A stretch of 64,000 nucleotides of DNA, taken from contig CBDCUI010000009.1 of the NCBI GenBank assembly GCA_965222615.1, forward strand, positions 384,001 through 448,000, read 5' to 3'. The notes beneath the pieces are model-generated. The model did not search any database. It saw only the letters and a list, made by a program, of their open reading frames with translations, and was not told the origin of the DNA. Made by a program: the position numbers and the translations under genes. Shown piece after piece: positions 40,435-50,906 of the stretch (position 1 is its first letter; each line of letters begins with the position of its first letter). This DNA comes from Gammaproteobacteria bacterium (GTDB lineage Bacteria; Pseudomonadota; Gammaproteobacteria; UBA4575).

Positions 40435-41823
40435 GGCTTCTTGAATGCCGCCTTTAGTTAATGCAGCAGGGTCCAATAGCTTTTTAATTTGATCTTCACT
40501 CAAATCGGTCATTTCTTTTGCTACATCTAAAATAGGTCTACCCGATGCATAGGCCGCCTTGGCAATGGCAGCACCTTTTTCATAACCAATAGCGCGATTC
40601 ATGGCGGTAACCAGAATTGGGTTCCGACCCAATGCGTTTTCTAAATTTTCTTGATTTACAGTAAAACCTTCAATGGCTTTGTCTGCCAGCACATTGGCAG
40701 AGTTTGTTAATAGCTCGACACTTTGTAATAAGTTATAGGCAATCACTGGTAGCATGACGTTTAACTGAAAATTACCCGCCTGCCCTGCAACAGTTACGGT
40801 TGTATCATTACCAATAACTTGCGCACATACCATAGCTACGGCTTCGGGTATTACAGGATTGACTTTGCCCGGCATGATACTACTACCAGGTTGTAATGAC
40901 GGCAGTGCGATTTCACCTAAACCTGCAAGTGGCCCGGAGTTCATCCAACGTAAATCATTGGCAATCTTGGTCAAACTCACCGCAAGTGTTTTAAGTTGTC
41001 CACTCATTTCGACGGCTGCGTCTTGACAACTCAAGCCTTCAAACTTATTTGCTTTACTTGAGAAAGAAAAGTTACTAAGTGATGAGAGTTGTTTTGCAAC
41101 CAATTCACCAAATTTAGCATCTGCATTAATGCCACTACCAACAGCGGTACCACCTTGTGCTAATTGGCGTAAACGACCTAATGAATCGTCAATGCGTTCT
41201 AAGGAATATTGAATTTGCTGTGACCATGCACTTAATTCTTGTCCCATAGTAACTGGCATGGCATCCATTAGATGCGTGCGGCCTGTTTTTACATATTGTT
41301 CACATTCATTTGATTTTTTATTCAATACTTCAATAAGATGTTTTAGAGTAGGTTTTAGCTTTTCTTCTATTTGCAAACAGCCACTAACATGTATTGCAGT
41401 CGGGATGACATCATTTGAGCTTTGGCTCATGTTGACATGGTCATTTGGATGCACATCCACTTCACTTGCAGAACTTGCCAAGTGTGCGATCACTTCATTG
41501 GCATTCATATTGGTGCTAGTACCGGAACCAGTTTGGAAAACATCGATTGGAAAATGTTGATCGTAATCACCGTTAGCTACTGTAAGTGCAGCTTTTTTAA
41601 TTACGGCTTCAACATCTTTCGTCATTAAACCCAGCTCTACATTTGCACCGGCACATGCTGCCTTGATTAGACCTAAAGCGCGTATAAACTGCCGTGGCAT
41701 GGTAAGATTACTAATTGGAAAATTCTCGACAGCACGTTGCGTTTGTGCTCCATACAATGCATCGGCAGGCACTTTAAGCTCACCCATGCTGTCTTTTTCA
41801 ATCCGATAATTTGAATCGCTCAT
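40432..41823 (-). CDS. fumC: Class II fumarate hydratase
   Basis: YGAQTQRA, QTGSGT, GSSIMPGKVNP. Confidence 0.96.
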   Translation of the reverse strand: MSDSNYRIEKDSMGELKVPADALYGAQTQRAVENFPISNLTMPRQFIRALGLIKAACAGANVELGLMTKDVEAVIKKAALTVANGDYDQHFPIDVFQTGSGTSTNMNANEVIAHLASSASEVDVHPNDHVNMSQSSNDVIPTAIHVSGCLQIEEKLKPTLKHLIEVLNKKSNECEQYVKTGRTHLMDAMPVTMGQELSAWSQQIQYSLERIDDSLGRLRQLAQGGTAVGSGINADAKFGELVAKQLSSLSNFSFSSKANKFEGLSCQDAAVEMSGQLKTLAVSLTKIANDLRWMNSGPLAGLGEIALPSLQPGSSIMPGKVNPVIPEAVAMVCAQVIGNDTTVTVAGQAGNFQLNVMLPVIAYNLLQSVELLTNSANVLADKAIEGFTVNQENLENALGRNPILVTAMNRAIGYEKGAAIAKAAYASGRPILDVAKEMTDLSEDQIKKLLDPAALTKGGIQEA

Positions 41824-41960
41824 TTTTGTTCTCTTTTATAGCCGTATAGGCAGGTTAATTATTGTTGTCAGCCGAATTTAGGCAACCCGTTGATAGGGCG
41901 CTGTAGTATAATAACTATTATTCCTCGTTTCTAATGCTAATGGATTTACGAGCTTCACAC

Positions 41961-43328
41961 ATGAGTTTATCGACACTTTCCGCGATCTCGCCCACGGATG
42001 GCCGCTATGCCAACAAAACTGAGAACCTTCAAAATATTGCCAGCGAATATGGCTTAATAAAATATCGCATTATTGTTGAGATTCATTGGTTGAAACAGCT
42101 TGCGGAATCTCCTGATATTGCAGAAATCCCATCGCTTTCATCACAGGCAAATTCCCACTTAGACAATATCATTAAAAACTTTACTGTTAATGAAGCACAA
42201 AAGGTTAAACAGATTGAGTCGACTACTAATCATGATGTAAAAGCGGTTGAATATTATTTAAAAGAAAATATTGCAGATCAAAAAGAACTACTAGCCATTG
42301 CAGAATTTATTCACTTTGCTTGCACATCTGAAGACATTAACAATCTTGCTTATGGCCTGATGCTGCGAGATATGCGCTCCAAGGTTTTATTACCAACTAT
42401 TCATGAACTCACTGATGATTTAAAACAAAAAGCCAATTCATTTGCCGATATCCCAATGCTTTCTCGTACTCACGGTCAACCGGCCTCTCCAAGCACAATG
42501 GGTAAAGAATTTGCAAATGTTTATGCTCGTGTGCAAAACCAACTTGATACATTGGAATCTGTAAAAATTCTTGGCAAAATGAACGGGGCAGTGGGAAATT
42601 ACAACGCCCATGTTGTTGCCTACCCCAATGTAGACTGGGAAAGTTTGTCTGCACATTTTATTGAATCTCTAGGTCTGGTTCACAATCCTTATACCACGCA
42701 AATAGAACCGCATGACTATATTGCTGAATACTGTGATGCACTGCGTAGAATAAATACCATTCTTATCGATTTTTGCAGAGATGTATGGGCTTATATTGCA
42801 ATTGAATACTTTAAACAAAGAGTAGTAAAAGACGAAGTTGGCTCATCGACTATGCCGCATAAAGTGAATCCCATTGATTTTGAAAATGCCGAAGGTAACT
42901 TTGGTTTGGCGAATGCTCTGTTCGAATATTTTTCTGCAAAGCTACCAATCTCTCGGTGGCAACGAGATTTAAGTGATTCCACCGTGTTACGCAATTTAGG
43001 CGTTGCTGCAGCCTACTGTGAAATTGGACACCAATCTTTACTTAAAGGCTTATCTAAACTTGAAATTAACCAAGATAAATTAAACCAAGATCTTGAAGCC
43101 AGCTTGCAAGTTCTTGCCGAACCTATTCAGACTGTGATGCGCAAGCATAAAATAGCTGGCGCTTATGAAAAACTTAAGGAATTAACACGTGGACAAAACT
43201 TGAATGCTGAAGCATTAGAGAGTTTTATTCGTTCACTAGACCTGCCTGAAGAAGAAAAAGACAATCTGCTTGCACTTACGAGCTCTAATTACATCGGTTT
43301 AGCTGCCAAGTTAGCTAAGAAAATTTAG
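41961..43328 (+). CDS. purB: Adenylosuccinate lyase
   Basis: SP.DGRY, TNHDVKAVEY, GSSTMPHKVNPIDFEN. Confidence 0.97.
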   Translation: MSLSTLSAISPTDGRYANKTENLQNIASEYGLIKYRIIVEIHWLKQLAESPDIAEIPSLSSQANSHLDNIIKNFTVNEAQKVKQIESTTNHDVKAVEYYLKENIADQKELLAIAEFIHFACTSEDINNLAYGLMLRDMRSKVLLPTIHELTDDLKQKANSFADIPMLSRTHGQPASPSTMGKEFANVYARVQNQLDTLESVKILGKMNGAVGNYNAHVVAYPNVDWESLSAHFIESLGLVHNPYTTQIEPHDYIAEYCDALRRINTILIDFCRDVWAYIAIEYFKQRVVKDEVGSSTMPHKVNPIDFENAEGNFGLANALFEYFSAKLPISRWQRDLSDSTVLRNLGVAAAYCEIGHQSLLKGLSKLEINQDKLNQDLEASLQVLAEPIQTVMRKHKIAGAYEKLKELTRGQNLNAEALESFIRSLDLPEEEKDNLLALTSSNYIGLAAKLAKKI

Positions 43329-43334
43329 CGAACA

Positions 43335-44384
43335 CTAAGCCTCATCATCTTCGGCTAAAAGGAAGTTATCGAGCTTTTTGACCAGCGCATCCGCTGTGAT
43401 GCTAGGAAATACATAGGCCCAACCTGCTATTTTTGAAGTGGCTTTTTTAGCGAGCTCTTCTGCATTATTTTTATTACTCAATTTACTTTCATCGACATTT
43501 TCGGCATTAAACTCGATGTTAAGCTTTGAATACATTTGTTCTTCAATTGAATAAGTATCCGCTGTAATGGTTAAACCGTCATAGGTTAAAAACGTTGTTT
43601 TGATGGGCTGCACCGCTTCGATGTTTAAATTATCGAGCAACGCAACATCGATGAGTTGCAGTGAAGATAAAGCATTTGCTACTTGATAGACCTCTGATTC
43701 GGATATTTTCCTACCTTCGGGTATAGAGTTTTGTAGTACAAATTCAAATTCTTCTGTGCCTTCATTTTTAATATTTATAATATTCCCATCGCCATGATCG
43801 ATTTGAATTGATTTTATTCGTTCTGGTGTAATATCTAAGATGTCCTTTTTCAGCCAGCGTGTAGCATCTTGCTTTAAATCTAGATTTTGGTTAATCAGCC
43901 AGCTTTGCTCTTCACCGACACGCCGCATGTATTGTGTATTGTTGCCTACACTTCCCTTGTTACCAGCAATGATGTTGATGGTTTCACTTAAACCTTCAAT
44001 TGCCAGCATTACTCCTTGTGCATCGGTCTTTTCGATATCTTGCACACCCAACTTACTATAATTTTCAGGATTCGATGTTTTCGCTTCGACTAGTTTTGCC
44101 TCTGCAAGCTTGTTAAATACTGAACGCACAAAACCTATATCTGCCGTATATCCGTCCTTATTTTCAACAACCCAGGTGTTTTCAGCTTTACTGACTGTAG
44201 TTAATTCTTCATTTCCAGCCTTATGTATTGTCAATTTAGTTACGTCATTCAGTTTTTCAGATAAGTTTGGAATTAAATACGAATTCGCGTCTGCTAAACC
44301 GCCATCTGGTTTAGAACCAATATAATATAAGACACCACCAAGAATAATTGCTGCAATTAAAATGAATAATGATGTTAGTTTCAT
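43335..44384 (-). CDS. DUF4340 domain protein
   Basis: N-terminal TM, typical last gene of Gld-like ABC operon. Confidence 0.8.
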   Translation of the reverse strand: MKLTSLFILIAAIILGGVLYYIGSKPDGGLADANSYLIPNLSEKLNDVTKLTIHKAGNEELTTVSKAENTWVVENKDGYTADIGFVRSVFNKLAEAKLVEAKTSNPENYSKLGVQDIEKTDAQGVMLAIEGLSETINIIAGNKGSVGNNTQYMRRVGEEQSWLINQNLDLKQDATRWLKKDILDITPERIKSIQIDHGDGNIINIKNEGTEEFEFVLQNSIPEGRKISESEVYQVANALSSLQLIDVALLDNLNIEAVQPIKTTFLTYDGLTITADTYSIEEQMYSKLNIEFNAENVDESKLSNKNNAEELAKKATSKIAGWAYVFPSITADALVKKLDNFLLAEDDEA

Positions 44385-46267
44385 AATCCTAATGCGCGCT
44401 TTCTTCTCCGACTACGAACGATTGATAGAACCAAGGCCAATATTGAAATTATGATTGGTACTAAACCGATATTAATAAATTTAAGCTTAGTTCCAAGTTT
44501 TTCTATATCGAGATTCAGATTATGCCTAACTTGCCTTAGTTGTTTACGAACATTAAGTTTCTCTTGCTGAAACTTTTGTATTTCTGCCTCTTGTTCTGGA
44601 GATAACATTAAGGCATTACTATCTTCGCGTTGCTTTTGTAGCTCTACTAATTTTTGTTCGGTTTCGCTAAGTTTTGCCTGTAAGGATTCTTCTGTTGCAC
44701 GAAACTTTTGGTCTGCGTCTAAACGCAATTCATTGACTCGTTCAAATGGACGCGTAGAAGTCTCGCGTCCGCGTATGCTGATTAAGTCAGAGTTGCCTGT
44801 GAAATTATCGACTGTGTTAATGACAAGATCACCATTGTTCGCCCAAGCATTAATTAATTGCTGGCCCAAAAATTCCTGTACTTGCACCCACATGCGATCA
44901 CTTAAAATATCGGTGTCAGCCACGATAAATAAATTGGCATCTTCTTGGCTAGACGCTAAATGCTCTGAAGTTGGTTGATCTTCTTCATCCGTGGTTGCTG
45001 GTCTACCATTCGGAAATGCAGTATTAAGCTTTCCTTGTACACGCCCGATGAAAGTATATTTTTCACCGCTTGGATTAAAATTAGTCGTCAATTGGCTTAA
45101 ATCAGGTAAAAACCGAAAGCGCACTGCTTCCACCAATGCAGCATCATCGCTTGAACTTACAATAGGTGTTAATTTTACGTTTGCATTTTCTTTGACTTTT
45201 ATGTGGCCACCGACACCTACACTAATCACTTCTAATTCAGACGAAATAACGTCTTCGTTATCCAGATTCTCTTTAGTTATTGCTAACAAACCATAATGTC
45301 GGTTTTGGCCCTGATGCGCTCCGCCGACTGTAAGGGCATATTTGCGGTCTAATACAACCGAGGTAGGGTCGTACTCAATTCTCCAAGCATTAAATAATTC
45401 TTTTAAATCTGAACTACGACCACCTTCAACTTCCAATGGTGAGTTTTGCTGGCGAACCGGAGTATCAATTTCAGAATGTGGATCGACAAAGAACAATGCC
45501 TTGCCGCCACGCATTACGAATTGGTCTATCGCATAAATAGTGGGCTGAGAAAGTTCTTTAGGATGCACCACCATTAAAATATCTACGTCTTCTTCAATTT
45601 CCTTAGTGGTCACATCTAGTTGTTTTAGCTCAAACAACTGACGCATTTGCGCAATAATGGCCCATGCCTTGGTCATTTGTGTGGTCTGAATATCAAAACC
45701 ACCAAACATGGGCAGTTGAGTGATAATCCCCACTACTGTTTTTTTAGTATTAGTAAGGTTATATATTAGTTTTGAGACATCATATTCCAAAAACTGTTCT
45801 CGCTGTGGTTGGAAGAAAACAATTTTTTCTGTATCTCCGACAGCATTACTTGCGGCCAAACCAAAATATATATTCTCACCGGTAGCACCAAGAGGCACAC
45901 CTTGTAAACCGTATGCTGAAGCTTGATCCTCTTCTTCTGAGTATGGCAACGGATCAACAACATTTAGCACAATATTACCATTCGATAATTGCGCATACTC
46001 CTGTAAAAGTTCCTTGACTCGTTCTGCATAAGTACGCAACTTCGGTATATCTTCACTAGCCTTATCAGAATAAAATAAATACAACGTAATAGGTTCCTCA
46101 ATGCTTTTAACGATATTACGAGTGCCTTCAGTAAGGGTATAAAGCCCATTATCGGTTAAATCTACACGCATTGAGGTGAATAATTTGCTACTCGCCATAT
46201 TGATGACTAGAAACAGCACGGCAAGCACAACTAAACCAACTAGAGTAATTGAGGTAGATTTTTGCAT
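44381..46267 (-). CDS. GldG-family (GIFT/ABC-auxiliary) protein
   Basis: RVDLT...YTL..GT, AIDQFVMRGG, ADTD.L, N.DL..N.VD. Confidence 0.88.
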   Translation of the reverse strand: MQKSTSITLVGLVVLAVLFLVINMASSKLFTSMRVDLTDNGLYTLTEGTRNIVKSIEEPITLYLFYSDKASEDIPKLRTYAERVKELLQEYAQLSNGNIVLNVVDPLPYSEEEDQASAYGLQGVPLGATGENIYFGLAASNAVGDTEKIVFFQPQREQFLEYDVSKLIYNLTNTKKTVVGIITQLPMFGGFDIQTTQMTKAWAIIAQMRQLFELKQLDVTTKEIEEDVDILMVVHPKELSQPTIYAIDQFVMRGGKALFFVDPHSEIDTPVRQQNSPLEVEGGRSSDLKELFNAWRIEYDPTSVVLDRKYALTVGGAHQGQNRHYGLLAITKENLDNEDVISSELEVISVGVGGHIKVKENANVKLTPIVSSSDDAALVEAVRFRFLPDLSQLTTNFNPSGEKYTFIGRVQGKLNTAFPNGRPATTDEEDQPTSEHLASSQEDANLFIVADTDILSDRMWVQVQEFLGQQLINAWANNGDLVINTVDNFTGNSDLISIRGRETSTRPFERVNELRLDADQKFRATEESLQAKLSETEQKLVELQKQREDSNALMLSPEQEAEIQKFQQEKLNVRKQLRQVRHNLNLDIEKLGTKLKFINIGLVPIIISILALVLSIVRSRRRKRALGL

Positions 46268-46272
46268 AACTG

Positions 46273-47007
46273 TTAATCCGCCTTCTTCATTTCCACCACT
46301 AAGGCATTTGCGTATAACCAAAAACCAATGAGTGTTACAAAATAAATAATGTCGCGCAGGTCGATTACACCTTTTGCGATTGAAGTGTAATGCGTTAAGA
46401 AACTTAGAGAAGATATCGCATCAACAATATTTTGTGGAATCCAGACCTTGAAAAAATTCAACACCAAGGGCGAACCGGCTAACAAGAAAATAAAACAAAT
46501 CACTACCGTAATAATAAATGCGATCACTTGGTTTTTAGTCATGGCCGAGATGCAAGCCCCAATCGCTAAGAAACCACCTGCCATTAAAAAACTACCGAGA
46601 TAGGCAGCGAAAATAACTCCATTATCGGGTTTGCCTAAATAATTCACGGTTATCCAAATTGGAAAAGTCAACAATAACGCGATACCAATAAATACCCAGG
46701 CCGCTAAATATTTACCAATTACTGACTGGGTCACAGATACAGGTAAAGTCATCAATAACTCTATGCTGCCCGACTTGCGTTCTTCAGCCCATAAACGCAT
46801 TGCAATGGCAGGCACCAAAAATAGATATAACCATGGATGAAAATCAAAGAACGGAATTAAATCGGCCTGCCCTCTTTCATAAAGATTGCCAAGATAGAAA
46901 GTTAATGCGCCACTCATAATTAAAAAAATCACAATAAATACATAAGCAACAGGTGTTGCGAAATAACTGCTTAATTCACGCTTAAAAATTGTAATAACGT
47001 TTTTCAT
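46273..47007 (-). CDS. GldF-like ABC-2 permease
   Basis: RELSSYFATP.AY, MRLWAEERKSG.IELL.TLP. Confidence 0.9.
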   Translation of the reverse strand: MKNVITIFKRELSSYFATPVAYVFIVIFLIMSGALTFYLGNLYERGQADLIPFFDFHPWLYLFLVPAIAMRLWAEERKSGSIELLMTLPVSVTQSVIGKYLAAWVFIGIALLLTFPIWITVNYLGKPDNGVIFAAYLGSFLMAGGFLAIGACISAMTKNQVIAFIITVVICFIFLLAGSPLVLNFFKVWIPQNIVDAISSLSFLTHYTSIAKGVIDLRDIIYFVTLIGFWLYANALVVEMKKAD

Positions 47008-47726
47008 GACAACTTTTCTTGAGTAATTTCTCGAAAAATTTCTTCTAATTTATTACTAGACGAGTTTTCTCTTAAACCATTGGGTGTATCGTCAGCGAGT
47101 ATTTTTCCATCAGCGATGATAATGGCGCGAGTACATATTGCATCAACCTCTGAAAGTATATGCGTTGAGATAACAATAACTTTTTCCGGAGCAATGCTCT
47201 TAATTAATTCTCTTACTTCATGTTTTTGGTTTGGGTCCAAACCATCAGTGGGCTCGTCTAATATCAATACTTCTGGGTCATGTAAAATCGCTTGTGCCAA
47301 GCCTACCCTTCTTTTGAAACCTTTTGATAGGGTCTCGATAGATTGGTTGAGGACTTTATCCAAATGTAAACGTTCGATTACTTCTTTTTTGCGATCTGTT
47401 TTTTTCTGTCCTGTAAGTCCACGCACCTCGGCAATAAATTCCAGGTACTGCAACGGCGTCATTTCACCATAGCTTGGTGCGCCTTCTGGTAGGTAACCAA
47501 TGCGCTTTTTAACGTCAATGGGCTTGTCATTTACATTGAAGCCACACACTTCGATGTCCCCGGAGCTAGGCGTGAGAAATCCAGTGATCATCTTCATGGT
47601 TGTGGACTTGCCGGCACCGTTTGGACCTAAAAACCCAAGCACTTCTCCAGGGTTGACGGAGAAGGATATATCTTCGACAGCGACTAAGTGCCCGAATTTT
47701 TTACTTAAGTGATCAATTTTTATCAT
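47004..47726 (-). CDS. GldA-like ABC ATPase
   Basis: GPNGAGKST, LSKG.KRRVGLAQA, LDEPT. Confidence 0.92.
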   Translation of the reverse strand: MIKIDHLSKKFGHLVAVEDISFSVNPGEVLGFLGPNGAGKSTTMKMITGFLTPSSGDIEVCGFNVNDKPIDVKKRIGYLPEGAPSYGEMTPLQYLEFIAEVRGLTGQKKTDRKKEVIERLHLDKVLNQSIETLSKGFKRRVGLAQAILHDPEVLILDEPTDGLDPNQKHEVRELIKSIAPEKVIVISTHILSEVDAICTRAIIIADGKILADDTPNGLRENSSSNKLEEIFREITQEKLS

Positions 47727-47995
47727 GTCTTACACTGCTTTCAGTGTAGAGGAGGTATTCCACCTCGTTGTCGGCGGCGAAATGGTACTAAACTTTTAGT
47801 AATTTTCAAGCACCTAAAGCGGCCACACTATACGCGATTATCTGCTAAAAACCGAACTTGAGTCCTTCAGCAGCTGCTTATTGGGCTGTATTCAAGCAAT
47901 TTAGTTCCTGGTCGCGATTTTTAATAAATGAGAACCTAAATCCAGTAGTCTATAATCCAAACCGACATGACTACCCAACCCTTAGGACTGCATTA

Positions 47996-48523
47996 GTGGG
48001 GATTTCAACCGACAATTTTTTTAAAAATTTTATTCTTGGTGTCACCAATGAATGTATCAAAGTAGACAGTCGCTCGCATAATCGTGATGCGGTTACTAAA
48101 TTATTACACTCTGCACGTGATGATGTCGTTATTGTCAGTCGTTACTTAGACCCTACCATTTACAATAACGAAGAAATTTCAAGTGCTGCCTTGCAGCATG
48201 TAAAACATTCTAAACATAACAGTATAAGAATACTTGTGCATGATACGGCCCCCATGGTTAAAAATGGCCATCGTTTGCTCGACTTGAGTCAACGCGTTTC
48301 ATCAAAAATAGAAGTCCGCACTATCTGTGATGACTACTCACAATTTAATCAAAGTTTCTTAGTGGCCGATACTATTGGCTATATACATAACCTTAAGTCC
48401 GATCTTTATGAAGCAGAAGTAAACTTTAATGATAAAGACAGGTCAAAGGAACTGATGGAAAACTTTAAAGAAATATGGGAATCCAGTACCCAAGACACAG
48501 CCATACGAAGATTATGCATCTAA
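47996..48523 (+). CDS. Conserved hypothetical (DUF7931-like, stand-alone GNAT-associated domain)
   Basis: LDP.IY, IRILVHD..GHRL..L.QR..SKIE.R; start moved to GTG after AGGA. Confidence 0.7.
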   Translation: MGISTDNFFKNFILGVTNECIKVDSRSHNRDAVTKLLHSARDDVVIVSRYLDPTIYNNEEISSAALQHVKHSKHNSIRILVHDTAPMVKNGHRLLDLSQRVSSKIEVRTICDDYSQFNQSFLVADTIGYIHNLKSDLYEAEVNFNDKDRSKELMENFKEIWESSTQDTAIRRLCI

Positions 48524-49365
48524 AACATACACGTTACATTATTGTTTTTTTGATTTGCTTAGTGATACCTATCACTGTAAGTGCAGATCAAAATGATCCG
48601 CTTGAAATCATTCAGTTAAAAAATCGGCCTGCCGAAGAAATGATCCCAATCATTAAGCCTATGCTGAAACCAAATGACGCCATCACGGGGTCTGGTTTTC
48701 AACTGTTTTTGCGTACCGATGCAAAAACTTTAGCAGAAATCACTCGACTTCTAAATGTAATGGACAAAGCACCACGAAATTTAATTATTTCGGTGCGAAA
48801 CAATGTTGATATAGGCTCTGAATTAACTGATTTTAATGTTTCTGGTAACTATGAAATTGGTGGCGATACTCGCGTTATCGTGGGTAACAGGCCACCACGG
48901 GAAGAAGGAACACGTGTACGAATAAACAAAAATGAACGTGAGCAAGAAAATGATGCTGAGCATATGGTGCGTGTGATTGAAGGTGGTAAGGCATTTATCA
49001 CCGCCGGCGAAATTCGACCCTACGAACACCGGACTATCATCCGTCATCGTCATGGTGTTTCTGTCTACGATAACGTGGATTATCAAGACATCACTAGCGG
49101 TTTCTATGTCACACCACGTTTAACTGGCAGCGGCGAGGTCTCTTTACATATACAACCACATTATCGCAGCGTTAGTGATGAACATCGTGGCACTATAGAT
49201 GTACAAGAAGCCGATACGATGGTCACGGCTAAATTAGGTCAATGGGTTCAAATTGGTGGTGTAGACACTGAAGCCAAATCAAAAGACAAAGGCATTTTAA
49301 GCACCTCGCGTTCTGAATCAGACAGAACTAGTGCCATCTATGTCAAAGTTGATGTAGAAAAATAA
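48514..49365 (+). CDS. Secretin N-domain (NolW-like) short secretin-like protein
   Basis: Signal peptide; I.L..RPAEE.IP..KP.L; GFYVTPRL; LGQWV.IGG. Confidence 0.8.
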   Translation: MHLKHTRYIIVFLICLVIPITVSADQNDPLEIIQLKNRPAEEMIPIIKPMLKPNDAITGSGFQLFLRTDAKTLAEITRLLNVMDKAPRNLIISVRNNVDIGSELTDFNVSGNYEIGGDTRVIVGNRPPREEGTRVRINKNEREQENDAEHMVRVIEGGKAFITAGEIRPYEHRTIIRHRHGVSVYDNVDYQDITSGFYVTPRLTGSGEVSLHIQPHYRSVSDEHRGTIDVQEADTMVTAKLGQWVQIGGVDTEAKSKDKGILSTSRSESDRTSAIYVKVDVEK

Positions 49366-49424
49366 TTATATTTAGACCTTGCTAATCGCTTTCGTTTATA
49401 AGTCGAATATTTAACCTAGAGAAT

Positions 49425-49454
49425 AAAAAAAGCCCGATATTACATCGGGCTTTT
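49425..49454. terminator. Bidirectional intrinsic terminator
   Basis: aaaaaaagcccgat-attac-atcgggctttt between convergent genes. Confidence 0.85.
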
Positions 49455-49489
49455 AAAAATTACCTTAGACCAGGTGTTTTACAAATTTG

Positions 49490-49720
49490 TTAATTAGGAT
49501 TACCCGGATGATTAGGATTACCTGTCAAGCTATTTTCTGCATTATTATTTGGTAATGAATTTCCAGGTGCGCATTGATCACCGTTACCAAAACCATTATT
49601 ACATGACCTTCCCATTGCTTGAACATCAGCACCCTTTAAAATTAACAGTGCAGGCGGTGTGTACACAGCAAACTTCCCTGTAGTCTTTAAAAACTTACGC
49701 CTCGATTCGCTCTTTTTCAT
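49490..49720 (-). CDS. Small Tat-motif/YxxPxL-leader, Asn/Gly-rich peptide; candidate RiPP precursor or secreted peptide
   Basis: GGAGG RBS, own terminator, SRRKFLK, YTPPAL, core CNNGFGNGDQC. Confidence 0.75.
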   Translation of the reverse strand: MKKSESRRKFLKTTGKFAVYTPPALLILKGADVQAMGRSCNNGFGNGDQCAPGNSLPNNNAENSLTGNPNHPGNPN

Positions 49721-50295
49721 AATTGTCCTCCAAATTTATTAACCCAACTCCCTTACTAATCCTACTCTAAAAAAAACGGAATATACTACATATAGACTAA
49801 ATTTCATAGCATAAACAATAGTAGGTTTCAACAATCTTTTAAGTTATTCATAAAATGTGGCTGTAACGTACTAAATTTATGATGATTTAATGATACAGTT
49901 GATAGAACGGTCGTCAGCAACTCTCAATAAAAATAAGTTAGAAAGCCTACTTATAAGAAGTATTTCCTAGCATCTTACTTAATGTAGTTTGTTCTATCTT
50001 TTAATACTTATAAGGAAAAAGCTATCAATATGAGCACAAGTCCTGTGATACTTAATTGAATACCCAAAATTCGTAACTGTTGAATTGTCATTATTATTAT
50101 CCTAGTTATGTAGTGATTGGTTTTAGGTAGTAATTATTGACATAGCAGGCATAATTTCTGCTAACGGGTTCACATTTAAAAAAACTTAAATAATTTTAAT
50201 TAGTTATTTGATCAAGAATTGATCAATATACTTCACCCAAGGCTTAGAATTAATACTAAGTTCTTGTTTCCACACGTAGTTTACTGTCAGCCAAT

Positions 50296-50892
50296 TTACT
50301 TATTAGCCCATTTCTTCACTAATTCATCTTTTAGGTCTTTAAATCCATAAAGTGCGATCATTGGAATTGCTGAGCGAATGATTCCATCTTGAAGCATTTC
50401 TATGGCTAGTTGAGATGAAACTACTTTGACCCGAATATCTTCACCTTCATGATCTTCACCGTGCACACCACCTAAATCGGTTGTATCCGTCTTGCCAATA
50501 TAGACATGTGCCAATTCCGCAAAACCGCCAGGGGATGGAAAAAATGAGGATACATAGTGTAGTTCTTCTATTTCACAATTAGCTTCTTCAATGGATTCTC
50601 GATAAGCAACTTCTTCTAGGCTTTCGCCTTCTTCGACTAAACCTGCCACCACTTCAACCAGCCATGGACTACCAGTTTGATCCAGCGGCCCTACTCGAAA
50701 TTGTTCGATTAATACGACTTCGTCGCGCCTTGGGTCATATGGCAAAACGGCAACTGCGTTTTGTCGAGATACCCGTTCACGTACTAGATCTTCACTGTAG
50801 CCTCCAGCAAACAGCTCATGCTGCACGATTAATTGATCGACTTTAAAGTGCCCATCATATTTACGTGTCCGTTGTTTTATTTTCCAATCCAT
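50296..50892 (-). CDS. nudF: ADP-ribose pyrophosphatase
   Basis: VLPYDP..DEVVLIEQFR, Nudix box, SPGG, EGEDI. Confidence 0.92.
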   Translation of the reverse strand: MDWKIKQRTRKYDGHFKVDQLIVQHELFAGGYSEDLVRERVSRQNAVAVLPYDPRRDEVVLIEQFRVGPLDQTGSPWLVEVVAGLVEEGESLEEVAYRESIEEANCEIEELHYVSSFFPSPGGFAELAHVYIGKTDTTDLGGVHGEDHEGEDIRVKVVSSQLAIEMLQDGIIRSAIPMIALYGFKDLKDELVKKWANK

Positions 50893-50906
50893 TTTTGTGT
50901 CACAGT

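Noticed and set aside
47733-47767. Two small hairpins upstream of the ABC ATPase as tRNA/riboswitch
   Set aside because: No cloverleaf, T-loop or known aptamer motif; no tRNA or rRNA was recognised anywhere in the window
50147-50163. Sigma-54-like AGGCATAATTTCTGCTA
   Set aside because: Correct GG-N10-GC spacing but points away from the peptide gene, toward no ORF; probably chance
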